A DNA stretch of 64,000 nt. Source: Octopus sinensis. Lineage: Eukaryota. The translations under genes were made by a program, and so were the position numbers. Shown here piece by piece: positions 35,100-48,345 of this stretch. The stretch spans positions 30,380,001 through 30,444,000 of the forward strand of contig NC_043013.1 of the NCBI RefSeq assembly GCF_006345805.1, written 5' to 3'. The notes under the pieces are model-generated. The model had not been told where the DNA came from and ran no database searches. It was given only the letters and a program-made list of their open reading frames with translations. The stretch's first letter is position 1; each line of letters begins with the position of its first letter.

Positions 35100-37043
35100 T
35101 ATGCATGTATGCATGTATGCATGTATGATATAACGGGTAAAGTACGTTGAGTACCAATCGACAACAGTATATCGATCGGCAATTGCAACTTATTCTTTGA
35201 CGTTTTCATAAACATCATATGAAAGAGACTTTATAACAAAGGCAAGTTTCACTCTATTTCGTTTCAACCTTTTCGAGCTTCAGCGTATATGTCGACAGAA
35301 GTATAAAAAGTGTATATTTGTATGACAGTGGGAAATGTGCGCAAATGTTCATCCTCTTTTCTAATTTATGCTTTACATTTAGTCATATTATTCCTCAACT
35401 TAATTGCCGTGATTCAATTCTTGAATTCACTTAATTTTTTTGAGAGCTTCATATATTTTTCCTGAATCTGAAAGCTTTCTCAGTGCTTATAAGGTGATCA
35501 ACCTAGCGCCTAAATATTCTGAACAATGTCTCAATGGAATGTAAACTCAACTGTGGTTTTGAAATATATTTTTGTGATACACACAGCAAATATGTTTTTT
35601 ATAGGCTGAGCACTAAATGTTATGTTGGGAATGGGAGCTGCTAATATATCCGCAAATATATTTATAAAAGGTTTAAGAGTGGTTTACAGCAATATGCAAC
35701 ACATGAAAATAGGTTTTCATTTTCTGGAATATATTATAAAGATATATCCTAATATTTATTTCCATCGTTCCTTACGCAAATATTCCCTTCAGATCAATTT
35801 TAACGATGTTTTTTTCCCATTTGTGTTCTAAACAAACCTTACACAAATATGATCATTTTACACTGGAGATATTGTTATAAGATTATATATAGAAATGTAA
35901 AATTCATTTTCCAATAAATATTCTCAAATGTGTCATCTTCTTCAAACAACACTGGATTTTATGAGCCTTTCACTCCAACAAGCGAGTAAACATTGAGAAT
36001 TGCATTTCGTCCTCTCTGAAGAAAAGTATCCAGATGTTTTTATTTCTTTCTTCTTTAATATGTTTCATATATTCTAAATTCAAACTTAAGCACAATCATC
36101 TTTCATATCTTAAAGACCGTTTGAATATTGTTTAGTCTAACATATTACAAGTATTGCGAGTGGACATTCTACGAATCCGTTTGCGTGGTAGGAATGAAAC
36201 TTGGCGAAACATATTACATACATAGTTTTATTGAAACGTTGTTTTTTCTTAGAAACAATTTGATCCCTGAAATGTTGATAATACAGAGAATGAGGTTTCA
36301 GAAGTGAAACACAGGAATGTATGTTATAAAAATAGACTGGTCACTTGTTTTCTCTTGTGAGTTGTTATCTAGTGCTTGTATAACTACAGCAAGGATTAAG
36401 CACTCTTAATTAAGGAAGAGGATTAGAATACATACATACCTATATATGTATGTATGTATGTATGTATGTCGTCAGCATACAAGACGAACACCAAATGTAT
36501 CTAACATAGCACATAGAAATGTTCACACTTATATATCTATGTAAGAAGCAGACTTTTCAAATGACATCTCGGTACACATGTATATTCCGAATAATTCAGC
36601 ACTGAATATATTCCAGTTAAAGTTAAAATCAAATATAGGATAAAATCTATATAAGAATTTATCAAGTAGTCAGCGTGATAAACATATAAGGGAAATTTTC
36701 TTAATTATTCTCTTTAAATACATATATTATATTGAGGGTATTAATACACGTAAATGCTTCACACAATGAGGGACTCTTAATGTCAAAACTACCGTAATAA
36801 ATATACAATGTACTGACAGCGAGGGAATGCAACTTGAAAATCGTCTCTTACAAACTAATTCAGCTGAAAAATAATATGATTTCATAGCTAGTGTATATGA
36901 TGCACTTTCCAATCGTCAGTGCAGGCATAATCAAGACATAAAAATGTATTTAAAGGGAATAATTATGTTTCCCTTATATGGTTTTCACTATATATATATA
37001 TATATACATATACATTCATATATATATATATATAATATATATA

Positions 37044-37125
<82 letters not shown>

Positions 37126-37999
37126 GGTGTGCGTGTACTTATATATATGTACATATTTATATGCAAGTTTATTTTTGTGCTGTGATGAAAAGGATTTTGT
37201 ATTAAATTGAAGGACTGCTTTCTACTTGATATAGACCAGAAAAGTTTCACTTTTGAACAAGAAAAGTATTGACAGTGACTTTCGACCAGCTAAACTAACA
37301 CTGTACAGTTGTTCATTTGTGTTCATCTTGGCTTTATATAGTGTCGGATAAGCTTTAGATTTTCTGGGAGCAAGCAGAGCTGTTTCGAACAATAAGAATG
37401 CTACAGAGTATGTTGTTATGAAGTCTTCAGGTGTATTTTCATGGATAAAGTTTGCAGATGTGTAATTGTTCAGAATTTAATGTCATTTAAAACTGTCTAA
37501 CCAGGTGTGAATATTTAGGTTTTTAAGACCACGATGTTCTTTGTAAAGTTTGCTCAAAAGAGATGCAAATGTTTTTTTTTTATTTGCTGAGTACATATGT
37601 CACCTGGTTTAGTTTTTTTTGTTTTTATTTGAATACAAGTCGGAAATTTAAACTTCTATGTTAAATAAGTGAGGTTTAACTTTCAGAGTTCATTCCTCTA
37701 TTTAAACCTTCGTGATTGTGTGTTTATTTAGCTGTGTCAGCGTTTAGGTAAAGGTGATATTAATATTACTTGCTTCAGTTATTTAGAGAGCGGACTCCTG
37801 TGTACGATCATTAATCATCATAAACTTTATTTAACATGTCTCTATTTATTTTCCAAGTACAAGTTCAGACATGGAGCTCTCGGAAGCATATTTAAAAAAA
37901 GGAAATCCGGTCTCACCATGTAAGTGCCGGCACGAAGATTTTACCAAAGGCTGGATTGTCACGATTCGTAGTTGCCTGAAAAGGCCTTATATTTCAGAA

Positions 38000-38162
38000 T
38001 CGATTATATCGTCCCCAGTGCGTAACTGGTGCTTAATTTATCGACCCTGAAAGGATGAAAGGCAAAGTCGACCTTGGCGGAATTTGAACTCAGAACGTAG
38101 CGGCAGACGGAATACCACTAATCATTTCGCCCGGCGTGCTAACGTTTCTGCCAGCTCCCCGC
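38000..38162 (-). mobile_element. SINE, family B (3'-truncated)
   Basis: Matches 15780-15955. Confidence 0.85.
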
Positions 38163-38454
38163 TTTCCCGTACACACATATCTATACATATATAACACCAA
38201 CACTTCCTGTCATTAATCATTTTTCGATGAAAGTTCGAAAGACAAGCGTTTAGGGATATAATTCATTGCTAAAGTCTGTCGAGATAAACTGATAGGTATA
38301 AATTAACACAGATTTGTTATCGTTTTTGGCAAGATGTTATGTGTTATGTAGACATCTGCAATAATTAATTTATTTCGGGCGAAAGTGGAATCATCGATTA
38401 AAACACATTTCTTTACATCTAATTGGACACACTTTTAAAACTTGTATATATATA

Positions 38455-38509
<55 letters not shown>

Positions 38510-38976
38510 TCGTTACCAATTTACGTTTGCATTTACAACAGACAAGAATAGTTTGGAACATTTTATCGGAATTAGCTACGAACTCATATCAGCAGAGTTT
38601 CAAACTGCTGCCATTTTGTGTAAAAGACGGCTTTTCAGAAAAGATAAAGTGATATTAAATTGAATCTGTACCTATTTAGAGTTATAAATATATTACAAGA
38701 TCCAGTAAAGATTTGTCTGACGATTACCAGGTGGCATAGTTTTTCTTTTAATATAATATCTCTTCTGTTGTGTTAACTCAAAATAAAAATATGTTTTTAT
38801 AGACGAACGTATGATTTGACAAATATATTTCTTAGCAAAATATATATATATTACAAACATTGGAGATAACATCTTTATTAAAATGAACATAATGCCGTAT
38901 GTATTGTGGCTTTTGTTCTTTTCCTTTTCACATCTTTGACAAAGCTACATGAATTTACACATTTTAAAATTTAGAG

Positions 38977-39286
38977 TAGGGGTTCTCAAACTTTTTGGGC
39001 CAACGACCTCTCATGGCCACATAACACCCTCAACGCCCCACCTCTATTTTTATGTATAATAGAAAATTTATGTTTTATTAATTTATATATACTATGAATC
39101 ATTTGATATTTAATATAATGTTATATAATTTATGTACACTATTATAATAATATAAATTCATAAGCGACCCCCAAACCACTACTTTTCTCCCAATGCCTCC
39201 TTTTTCTCTACGGCCCCCCTTAGACACCAGCGCCCACCCGGACCCTCTCAATGGTCACCACGTAGTGCTCATTTTGAGAACCTATG
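38977..39286. mobile_element. hAT (Charlie-like) MITE
   Basis: TAGGGGTTCTCAAA...TTTGAGAACCTATG termini with 8-bp flanks ATTTAGAG/GTTTAGAG (7/8 match, NTTTAGAN). Confidence 0.8.
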
Positions 39287-42200
39287 GTTTAGAGAAAGAT
39301 TGTGTGTAGCAATATAGTGATTACAAAATCTAACTTGCACAGTTCTTCCATGATCCGCAAATAACGGAAATATCTACTAATCACTTTGTGTTACAACGAA
39401 ATGAATGCTGTTCTAATTGTTTCCTAAACTCCTTAATGAAATTTAGTGCGTAAAATTTTAGCATCCCAAGTCCGATTAGAGGATAAAATTAAATCGTCAA
39501 GATGTAAACACCTTCTGATGATCACATTGGGTTTTGAGCAAACGAAACCACTCAACTTAGAACGAGGTAAATTTTGTACTTCTATATTAAAGTGTAAATA
39601 ATGCTGAAACTGAATAAAGCAGATTTATTTTCTAGTTGCTGAACATAAACATTAAATCCAAGCCCTCATGTTTAATAAACAAGACGTACTCAGGTACTCT
39701 CATGGGAATATTAACTTAGTATTTTCTCAATGAAAACAGCTTTTGCTGGACAGCTCAAGTTAAGTTTATAAAATGTAAAAGTATCTGGTGTCTTAAGTTG
39801 AGGAAGACTGTATTAGCTTGTGCAAGTGACATATTTTTACACACATCATTAATGATGCAACTGGATACATCATCTAAGATTTTTCCCGAGATTATTTGAA
39901 AGAAAATTACCATTATTGTTTTTATGGTGTTATATAAGTGAAAATACCACCAGCGTTATTATGTCATTATGTTGCTGTAAAACTGCAAAACATAATACGG
40001 TGATTAATTGCCGTTTACTATAGTTTCCTACTGACTTATAGACCAATATATTATTTCGGATTTATGTATAAAATTAATGGGCAGTAGACTGTTTGGATCC
40101 TTTCTGCCGTGTATTTGTTCCGCTACTGAAATACTGTCATTAATTTCGTGGGGCAATCGTGGAGGTGGGTTAGGATTTATCGACGTTAATGATATTCTGA
40201 TTGCCATAATTAATAATTGGCACAGTTTTGGATTTTAATGAAATAGGATTCCGCAGAACCTTCTCTAAGTCCGAGCGGAAAGTATAAAAAATCTTCGGAG
40301 AAAACTGTGTGGGATGGAGGTAGCTACTATCGTGGAAGTTAAATCCGTTTTGCATGAAACGTTGCCAAAAAATGAATAAAGGACAGTGTGAACAAATTTA
40401 GTTTTCGACATTAGATGTATTGTAATTTTGAAGCAAATTCTGTCCCTTAATATGTCGACTTCCTGAACGATTGTCAGATCGATAAATTTGTCGTAAGAAA
40501 TGCTTTACGAAACTCTTTGGTGTGGAGTTCAACCTTTAGATTAGTTTGCAGATTAGGAAAATCAAGAAAGGGTAACTTAAGTTGTGCAGAACAGTGGAGA
40601 ATATTTATTTCCTAGAAATGTATCTCCCACCGAAAAAAAAAACAGTGCTAGCGGTCTCTGTACTGGCGTACAAGAAAATCATTACAAACAGCAGTTCTGT
40701 ATTATGACCAAGGTGAAGCAACTCTCATCCATTCAAATATAAATCAAAATACGGCGTCAACAGTGTTACGCAATTTGTATGAAGCATTCAAATATAACTC
40801 AGGTTTTGGTTGCTGGTTCTTAAACTTGTTACTATCGATTGTATACTTCTTGTCTCAAACCATAGCACCGTATGTGAGCAAACCGATATGCTATTAATTC
40901 CGGTAGATACTAGTCAGATACTTCGGGGATCAGCATAGGAACTTATTTGCGCTAGTGTACAAATACATCTATCGCAGCGTCGTATCATTAAAAACTTACA
41001 TAGTTTTTCAAATGGTTTACTGGTTACGATAGGATTACATATAATAAACGAAATATCCGTGTAGGGTATAGCACTGAATTAGTATAATTGGTATATCCAA
41101 TACAGTAGATGTTATTTGATGATGGGTATGCAGTTTTTTAATACAGATTTGATACACTGCAGGGAATCAACTACATACCCATCGCTAATTTCAGATTTAC
41201 TAAGTGAAGTGAATAAGGCGATATGCCTTGATAAACTATTCATCTGGTAAATAGATATATTGTTTTTAATGTTGATAAAAACTTTAATATTAGATTCGAT
41301 AGTCTTACTTACAAAAAGATGTAAGGAAATGCGTAGGAGGTTTACAGGTTCTGTGAGGCTTATTGATTTAATGTTAGGAACTTGGATATTTTTAGGTCAA
41401 TGACTATGGGGAAAGTACGAAGTGGGGGAAATTGTAACAGAAAATATTTGTAAGCAGGAAGTAGTGTAAAAATTGTTTCATATAGGTTCTTGGGAAAGGG
41501 AAGTGAAGAATTATTTCAGAAGATTGTATCTTGTAAGGGATCATAAATGTAGTAATTGTATAGGAGAACCTAACGATGTAGAGTGACAAGCATATAAAAA
41601 TATGGATATGAGTGAGATATTGTTTAAAGCCAGCTGGTGATTAGATATTTATTGTTAAATTAAATATCCTACATTTTGACGTCATTTCAAGATGTTTGTA
41701 TGTATAGTAGCAGTAGTATGACATAAAAGTGTGGCTTAGATAAGTTGTCTATAGTATCAGAATAATAAAAAGAACACGTCAAAACTGAAGCATACTTTTG
41801 TTCTGAAGAGGAGTCATCATTTGGTTTCAGTAATTAGAAACCATATAAGACTGAGTGGTTTGATATTTCTGTGATAATGGTCATTGTAATTTCAGCATGA
41901 TTGAAGGTGAGGAATGTACGAAATAACAACAAAACTGTGGATGATTACACTGCCCATTAAAAATGACAGATAAGTTTTCCTTATATACCACTGTATCGTC
42001 TGAAAAATGGCAGCACAGGTTGATGAATCTAATCAGACATAAACTGTGCGGGGAAAACAGTGTGTTTCTTTATGGATACCCTGACTAAATTAATAACAGG
42101 TATATTTCGTAGAATTGAAATAGGTAAGTTTTGTATTTAGAAATTATATAACACACATTTTAATATTATTTAACACACTTTTTAATATCAACACGCATAT

Positions 42201-42934
42201 TTAACGCACTTCCTGATGACGTGATAAAGTCAGAAAAGCTTAAATACTTTATAAGATAGATTTCTCTTTAGAAGCATATTTGCAGATCAGATACACGGAA
42301 TTGCCGATACAAAAATTAAATAACGATTACTTATATATTTATTGAATAGCTGATATTCTACCAACATCATGTGCAGTTTCATGTGTCTATTAATCTTACG
42401 TATATAACTGATGTTTTTTAACTACATTTTCCTCCTCGTGAACACGAATCTCTGGTATTTTTCAGATAATTTCAAATGTATTACAAAACTTCCCAAATGT
42501 TTCCTATAAAGTAATGTTGTGTGTATTGTACAATATTGAACATCACTGTCTCAGAGTTATCTCATTAAAATCACATTACGACAACAGATTGTTGTCTACA
42601 AACTAAAGATTACTATTCTGTATCACGATATTTATAGTTGGTAAAATACAAGCGCCATATTTACCGACCGTAATTATCTGAAATGATTATGCTGAATTCC
42701 AGAGATTTTGCGTTTAAAATCTTAGAAAGATATCTTCAGAGAAGTCAATGTATCGTCCAATTAATCAGGTGTTTCCATTATATTTTAGGTACTCAAAGAT
42801 GTATCTGGACAAAACACATATCTAGTCTCCATTATTCCTGTGCTTCTAGATGACTGACGCCGAAATGCAAATATTATTCTTCCTTTAAGGACAAAGTATT
42901 TAAATATTTTTGCAATATCTAAAGTTGGAATTAA

Positions 42935-43368
42935 GGTGGCGAACTTAGAGAATCTTTGGCACGCCGGCCATTTTGCGGTATTTTGTCCGTCTTTACATTC
43001 TGAGTTCAAATTCTGACGAGGTCGACTTTGCCGTCCATCCTTTTGGGGCTCATTAAGATATGTACCAGATGAGCAATGGTCTCGATGTAATCGACTTGTC
43101 CCCTCCTAGGAACTGTTGGTCTCGTCCCAAAATATTATATTAATACCTTCAGTTGAATGAAGGTTACAGGCTTGCAGAATCGTTTCCGCACCGGGCAAAA
43201 TGCTTAGCGACCAGCCCTACGCTCGTTACAGGTTCAAATTCCACCGAGGTCGACTTTGCTTTTAATTCTTTCGGGGTTCAAAAAAGAGGTCCCAGCTGAG
43301 CATTGGAATTGATGTGATCGACCTAGCCACGGCGTCCAAATTGCTGGTGCTGTGCCAAAAATTGAAAA
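42935..43368 (+). mobile_element. Two adjacent old family B-related SINEs (42935-43135 and 43167-43368)
   Basis: Each has GTTCAAATT..(A/G)CCGAGGTCGACTTTGC, then GATGT(A/G)ATCGAC and a ...CC(C/A)AAA tail. Confidence 0.7.
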
Positions 43369-43407
43369 CAATATAATAAATAAATTTGTTAGAGGTATTA
43401 CTTTGTG

Positions 43408-43640
43408 GTGTGAAAGCGCATGGATTCGCGGTTAGAGTTGTTGGTCTTATGATCTTAAGATTGTGGTCTCGATGCCTGGACCGGGCGATGTCTTGTGCTC
43501 TTGAATAAAACACTTCCTATTACGTTGCTCTAATACTCTTAGTTAATATAAATGAGTACTCCTGCGGCAGACAGATGTTCCGTCCAGGAAGGAAAATATA
43601 AGCTTGAGAAACCGGGAGAGCAGGCCTACGCTCATTACAG
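43408..43640 (+). mobile_element. Old SINE with a family C-like head and a different tail
   Basis: GCGCATGG..CGCGGTTAGAG...TCGATGCCTGGACCGGGCG...CTTGAATAAAACACTT...AAATGAGTA, then CCGTCCAGG...GAAACCGGGA. Confidence 0.55.
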
Positions 43641-44119
43641 AATGATGTGCACTAGCAAATAATTTCGTGGTAATTCTAAACAAATTATTGTATTGTTTTA
43701 CTTGCATGTAACATTTTATTCTGTTCCCGTGTAGTAATGATATTTTAGGCATATCTTCTACAGTTTGGTACAGGCTTTGTGTTCACTCACTACTTCCACT
43801 TCCTCTATTAAATTTGCTAATGTATTTGTTCTTTTTATTATTTGTATTTAATTTATTTGTAATTATTTATCTGAGGGCGTTGTTATTGAGTTACAATTTT
43901 CACACAGATGGTTATATGAATTTAATTTCATGTAGTTTGGTGGGAATTGTGCACTTGCTCTCCCCCACTTAAAACCAAAGGAACCTACACTCAAAGAACG
44001 TTTAGCTGTTTCTATTCCATCCTTTATTAGCATGTAAGTGTATAACACCTAACACACTATTTCATTTTCCTTTTTAAGATGATATACTGGGAGCTGAGAG
44101 AAACACACACGCATTTATC

Positions 44120-44155
44120 TATGTATGTATGTATGTATGTATGTATGTATGTATC

Positions 44156-44186
<31 letters not shown>

Positions 44187-44205
44187 CTATCTATATCTAT
44201 ATCTA

Positions 44206-44280
<75 letters not shown>

Positions 44281-44290
44281 ATATATATAT
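44120..44290. repeat. (TATG)n/(TCTA)n tetranucleotide microsatellite
   Basis: Visible runs. Confidence 0.95.
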
Positions 44291-44424
44291 ACTTTATAAT
44301 TAGGGTTCAGCAAAGATTTGCTTCACCACATACTGAAGTTTAGAAATAGCAGTCAAAAAATCTTAGCTATTCCTTCTACTTTAAAAGAAACTCCCAGAAA
44401 AACCAATAGTGCTTGAAAACAATC

Positions 44425-44660
44425 CACCTGCGGCCCTTATGAGCCAGACATGCATCGAGAAACAATGAACAACAATATCAAACATGCGCTGTGAACAACA
44501 AGTATACAGAATACGTAATGAATTGATAAGGTTCCACACACGCACACACACACACACACACACACTCACACACACATACACCCCCATATATACACACATA
44601 TATATATATATGTATGTGTGTATGTGTGTGTGAGTGTGTGAGTGTGTGTGTGTGTGGAAC

Positions 44661-44722
<62 letters not shown>

Positions 44723-44887
44723 GTATATATATATATGTATATATGGGGGTGCATGTGTGTGTGTGTGTGTGTGTGTGGAACCTTATCAATTCATTACGTA
44801 TTCTGTAAACTTGTTGTTCAGAGCGCATGATTGATTTTGTGGTTTGTTGTTTCTCGAGGCATGCCTGGCTCATAAGGGCCGCAGGTG
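44425..44887. repeat. ~460-bp imperfect palindrome (tail-to-tail inverted duplication of a SINE tail and its microsatellite)
   Basis: CACCTGCGGCCCTTATGAGCC...GAATTGATAAGGTTCCAC(AC)n..CCCCCATATATAC is mirrored by GTATATATGGGGGTG..(GT)nGTGGAACCTTATCAATTC...GGCTCATAAGGGCCGCAGGTG. Confidence 0.9.
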
Positions 44888-45075
44888 CTCGCAGGTGCGC
44901 TGCTAGATACGGGAGGAAAGAGTGAGAGATAACTGTGACGAAAAAGTCAGCAGAAGTTCGCTGTTACATTCTGCCGGAACGGCGGGGAGCTTGGGGTTTC
45001 GCTCATAAAAAACACACATCGCCCGGTCTGAGATTCGAAAACGCGATCTAGGCTCTACTAGGCTATGTGCTTCCA
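44770..45075 (-). mobile_element. Family D head/core with tail type 2, ending in (CA)n
   Basis: Minus strand: GATCGCGTTTTCGAATCTCAGACCGGGCGATGTGTG...ATGAGCGAAA...TTCCGGCAG...CTCTCACTCTTTCCTCCCGTA, then an unrelated tail. Confidence 0.7.
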
Positions 45076-45442
45076 CATAGTGGATATTATTTATTATTTG
45101 CTCGATTTATTATTATAGAGATTACATAACTACAAGAAAAAAAAACTATACCCATTCATGTTGCCAAATTCACGTTGCCGAATTCGAAGACCAGAGGATT
45201 GTATAAAAACATAAGAACAATAGCAGAGATTCATATAAATGATTAATTACATATTTATATTGGGTACCTTTGCCCATGTTGTCGCCCACTTTACTACATT
45301 TTAGAATAGATTCAGTCGGTTCTGATTGCACCTCCTAATTACGTTACACCCACGCACACACAATCAAACTCATAGAAATATATATGTAGACACAAAAACA
45401 TGTATATATATATATATATATATATATACATACACATATATA

Positions 45443-45595
45443 CAGGCGCAGGAGTGGCTGTGTGATAAATAGCTCGCTTACCAACCACATGGTTTCTGTT
45501 TCAGTCCCTTCGGCAAGTGTCTTTTATTATATCCTCGGGCCGATCAAAGCCCTGCAAGTGGATTTGGTAGACAGAAACTGAAAGAAGCCCAATCC

Positions 45596-45629
<34 letters not shown>

Positions 45630-45810
45630 ATATGTATGTATATAGGGGTTGCGCGCGCGTGTGTATATGTACATGCTTGTATGTCTGTGTTTGTCCCCCT
45701 ACCATCACTTGACAACTGATGTTGGTGTGTTTGCGTCCCTGTAATTTAAGAGTTCGGCAAAAAAGACCGATAGAATAAGTACTAGGTTTACAGAGAAGAA
45801 GCCCTGGGAA
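45443..45810 (+). mobile_element. SINE, family A
   Basis: CAGGCGCAGGAGTGGCTGTGTG...ACCAACCACATGG...GATTTGGTAGACAGAAACTGAAAGAAGCCC...GAATAAGTACTAGG. Confidence 0.85.
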
Positions 45811-46304
45811 TGCATATACACATATGTGTGTGTGTGTGTGTATGTTTGTATGTACGTGTCATTTCGAAAATGACATTATTAAAATAAAACTGCCAATTTA
45901 TTGTCTAAATTCTATCGTTGCAGAGGATGCTAACGGCGTTCCCCACCATTTTGCGTCGAGTTAATTTCATACTTATGTTAATCTATAAAAGTTGATTTAA
46001 GTAAACATATTTTGCTTAAAGTATTTACATATACGCTGAAGTTGTTTCACCCATAACTATTTCAATAAACGCTGAAACTCCAACTTTAAACAATTACATA
46101 TTGAGACGGAAAATCATTGATGGAAATGTATGTCATGTAAAACCTAAAACAGTAATCTTTCTTTTAACACCGGCGAATTACGTCAAATATTCTGAAAAAG
46201 CAGTTGTAATCGTTTCACGACTATTGTCGTCATTGAGAGTATCTTTTACATCATATCAGTATGATGCTGTTGGTAGTGGTTAATATGAGCGTGATCACGA
46301 TTAT

Positions 46305-46735
46305 CTTCGTCATCGTCATCATCATCATCATCATCATCGTCATCATCATCTTCATCATCACCGTGTTCATCATCATCTTCATCATCGTGTTCAGTATCAT
46401 CATCATCATTTAACGTCCACATTTTCATGCTTGCATGTATCAGATAAAAATCCTGCTATAACCCAACTTTAACACCACCACCACCACCACTACCACCACT
46501 ACCACCACCACCACACCCAGCATCACCACCAACAACAAAGGCAACTGCATCGCCACTATCACCGTTATCACCATTAACATCCCCACCATCATCATGACAG
46601 TCACAACCCAACCTCAACAACCTCAATGTCACCACAGCAACCACCAACACCACTACAACCAACACTACCATCACCACAAACACCACCAACACCAACACCA
46701 ACGCTATTGCCACCATTATTATCATTCTAATTTTC
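46305..46735. repeat. Cryptic trinucleotide tracts (CAT/CAC/CAA)
   Basis: Low-complexity 3-periodic sequence. Confidence 0.85.
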
Positions 46736-47403
46736 CTTTCACTTTTCAAATAAATGTCTCCAGGGTGCGTGCATATATGTGATTTGTTGTTGCAGTATTG
46801 TATTTCTTGTTACATTCCTGGTTTCTTGTTTTAAAAGTAGTTTTATTTTTCCTTGCGGGTTTTCTTTGTGTTTTGACAGTTTGTGAAATAAAATATTTGC
46901 AACGTATGCAATGTTATTTCCTTACTCGGTGATTGTATTTCCTATGTGCTGTACGTCTTGCAGCAATGACATAGATTTTAGGTAGTTTAACATATCTTGT
47001 TTGTATGGCGTAAAAGATATGTGTATTTTTTGTAGCGAGTAAAACATTATGGACTATAAGGGTTTTGGCATCTCAAACTCTTTTATAAATTCTTGTCAGT
47101 AAGCTCTCTTCATTATACAGAGAAAGTTTGTGTCAATTACTTTGTGGTGCTCCTCGAGCTTTTCTCGCTGCTTCTGGTTAGATCGTATCTGTTACATTTT
47201 TGTTACATGTTTATGTTCCGTAACCGTTTTTCATTCCGATATGTGGCACAGTACCCTGTGGGTATAGGTATTGAATTAATCGTATTTATGAATATTCTCG
47301 GAATTACTTGACAGTACCTCTCCACCAAAACAGTCAATATTAAATATTAGCAAGTTATGCTAGCCTCCGGTTTCAGTATTATATCATATATATATATATA
47401 TAT

Positions 47404-47456
<53 letters not shown>

Positions 47457-47460
47457 GGTA

Positions 47461-47757
47461 AAGATCATGGGATTGCACCTGGAAGTTATGTTCGAAGTAC
47501 AAGTCCGAGATAGTTTGTTTACGGAAGGACAGCAGTCACCCATGCATAGCAGCCTCCCCTCTAAACCTCTAAACACCACCGATGTTATCCTGGAGAAAGG
47601 CCGATGCAGCTTGGCACCAGTAACGCTGCAACTCTTTTCTACAGCCGAGTGAACGTGAACTGGAGTAATGAGAAATAAAGTGTCTTGCTCAGGAACGCAA
47701 CACAGGCCGGTCCGGGAATCGAACATTGAGCCTCAGGCTCTAACCAGTGATCCATGT
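47461..47757 (-). mobile_element. SINE, family C
   Basis: Reverse complement aligns to 8101-8420 (head, core and tail). Confidence 0.8.
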
Positions 47758-47795
47758 ATATATGTATGCATTTAAATACACAGGCATACGCACAT

Positions 47796-47832
<37 letters not shown>

Positions 47833-48224
47833 CACTTTTGGGATTTGCTTTTAATTCAGATTTCACAAAGGATTCTCTGGCATTGTTTATTTTCACTTTG
47901 CTTCAATTTTCCCTTTCGCGTCTTCCAGCTAAATTAATGCGAGATATTTACTTTCTGCTCTTTCTATCGCGACATCTGTTTGTTAATTTTCGAAAACTGT
48001 TTGATTTTGACTTTTTAAAACATTTGTTCTCATTTACTTTTCCTTAGCTTCTTCCCTTAGCTTTCAGTTTGGGAGTTTGTATTGCCTGTTTCTCTGGTGA
48101 CCTTCATGTAAATCCTTACCAACGTCGACTGAGTGCAGGCTATTGTCATGCACACCCTTCTCTCCCACACTTTATAATTGTTTCTGATTTAGTGGTAAGG
48201 TGAGCGATTTTGACGAGATGGGTT

Positions 48225-48345
48225 AATCAGAAATATCGACATTAGCATTAACTGATACGGTATTTTATTGACTCCGGAGGAATGAAAGACAAACATAATC
48301 CCCGTGGAGTTTGAATTGAGAACGTAAAGAGCCGTAAACAGATTT
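48225..48345 (-). mobile_element. Very degraded family B-related SINE
   Basis: Residual TATCGAC...GGAATGAAAGACAAA...GGAGTTTGAATTGAGAACGTAAAG. Confidence 0.45.

Noticed and set aside
39510-39555. CUGAUGA followed ~22 nt later by GAAAC
   Set aside because: The intervening sequence cannot form a stem II adjacent to the core, and there is no stem I or III.
40170-41700. Possible very old L1 remnants (GGGLGFID at ~40160; C-x2-C at ~41550)
   Set aside because: Only two short motifs with no continuous alignment; indistinguishable from chance by eye.
42205-42250. CUGAUGA-C-GUGA-UAAAG-UCA-GAAAAGCUU, a hammerhead-like string
   Set aside because: The stem II closing pair is missing and there is no convincing stem I. 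It may be a decayed Penelope terminus but is not supportable.
46456-46749. ORF with a hydrophobic 'transmembrane' stretch and Gly-rich tail
   Set aside because: It derives from a GTG/GTT/GAT cryptic triplet repeat; no non-repetitive domain.
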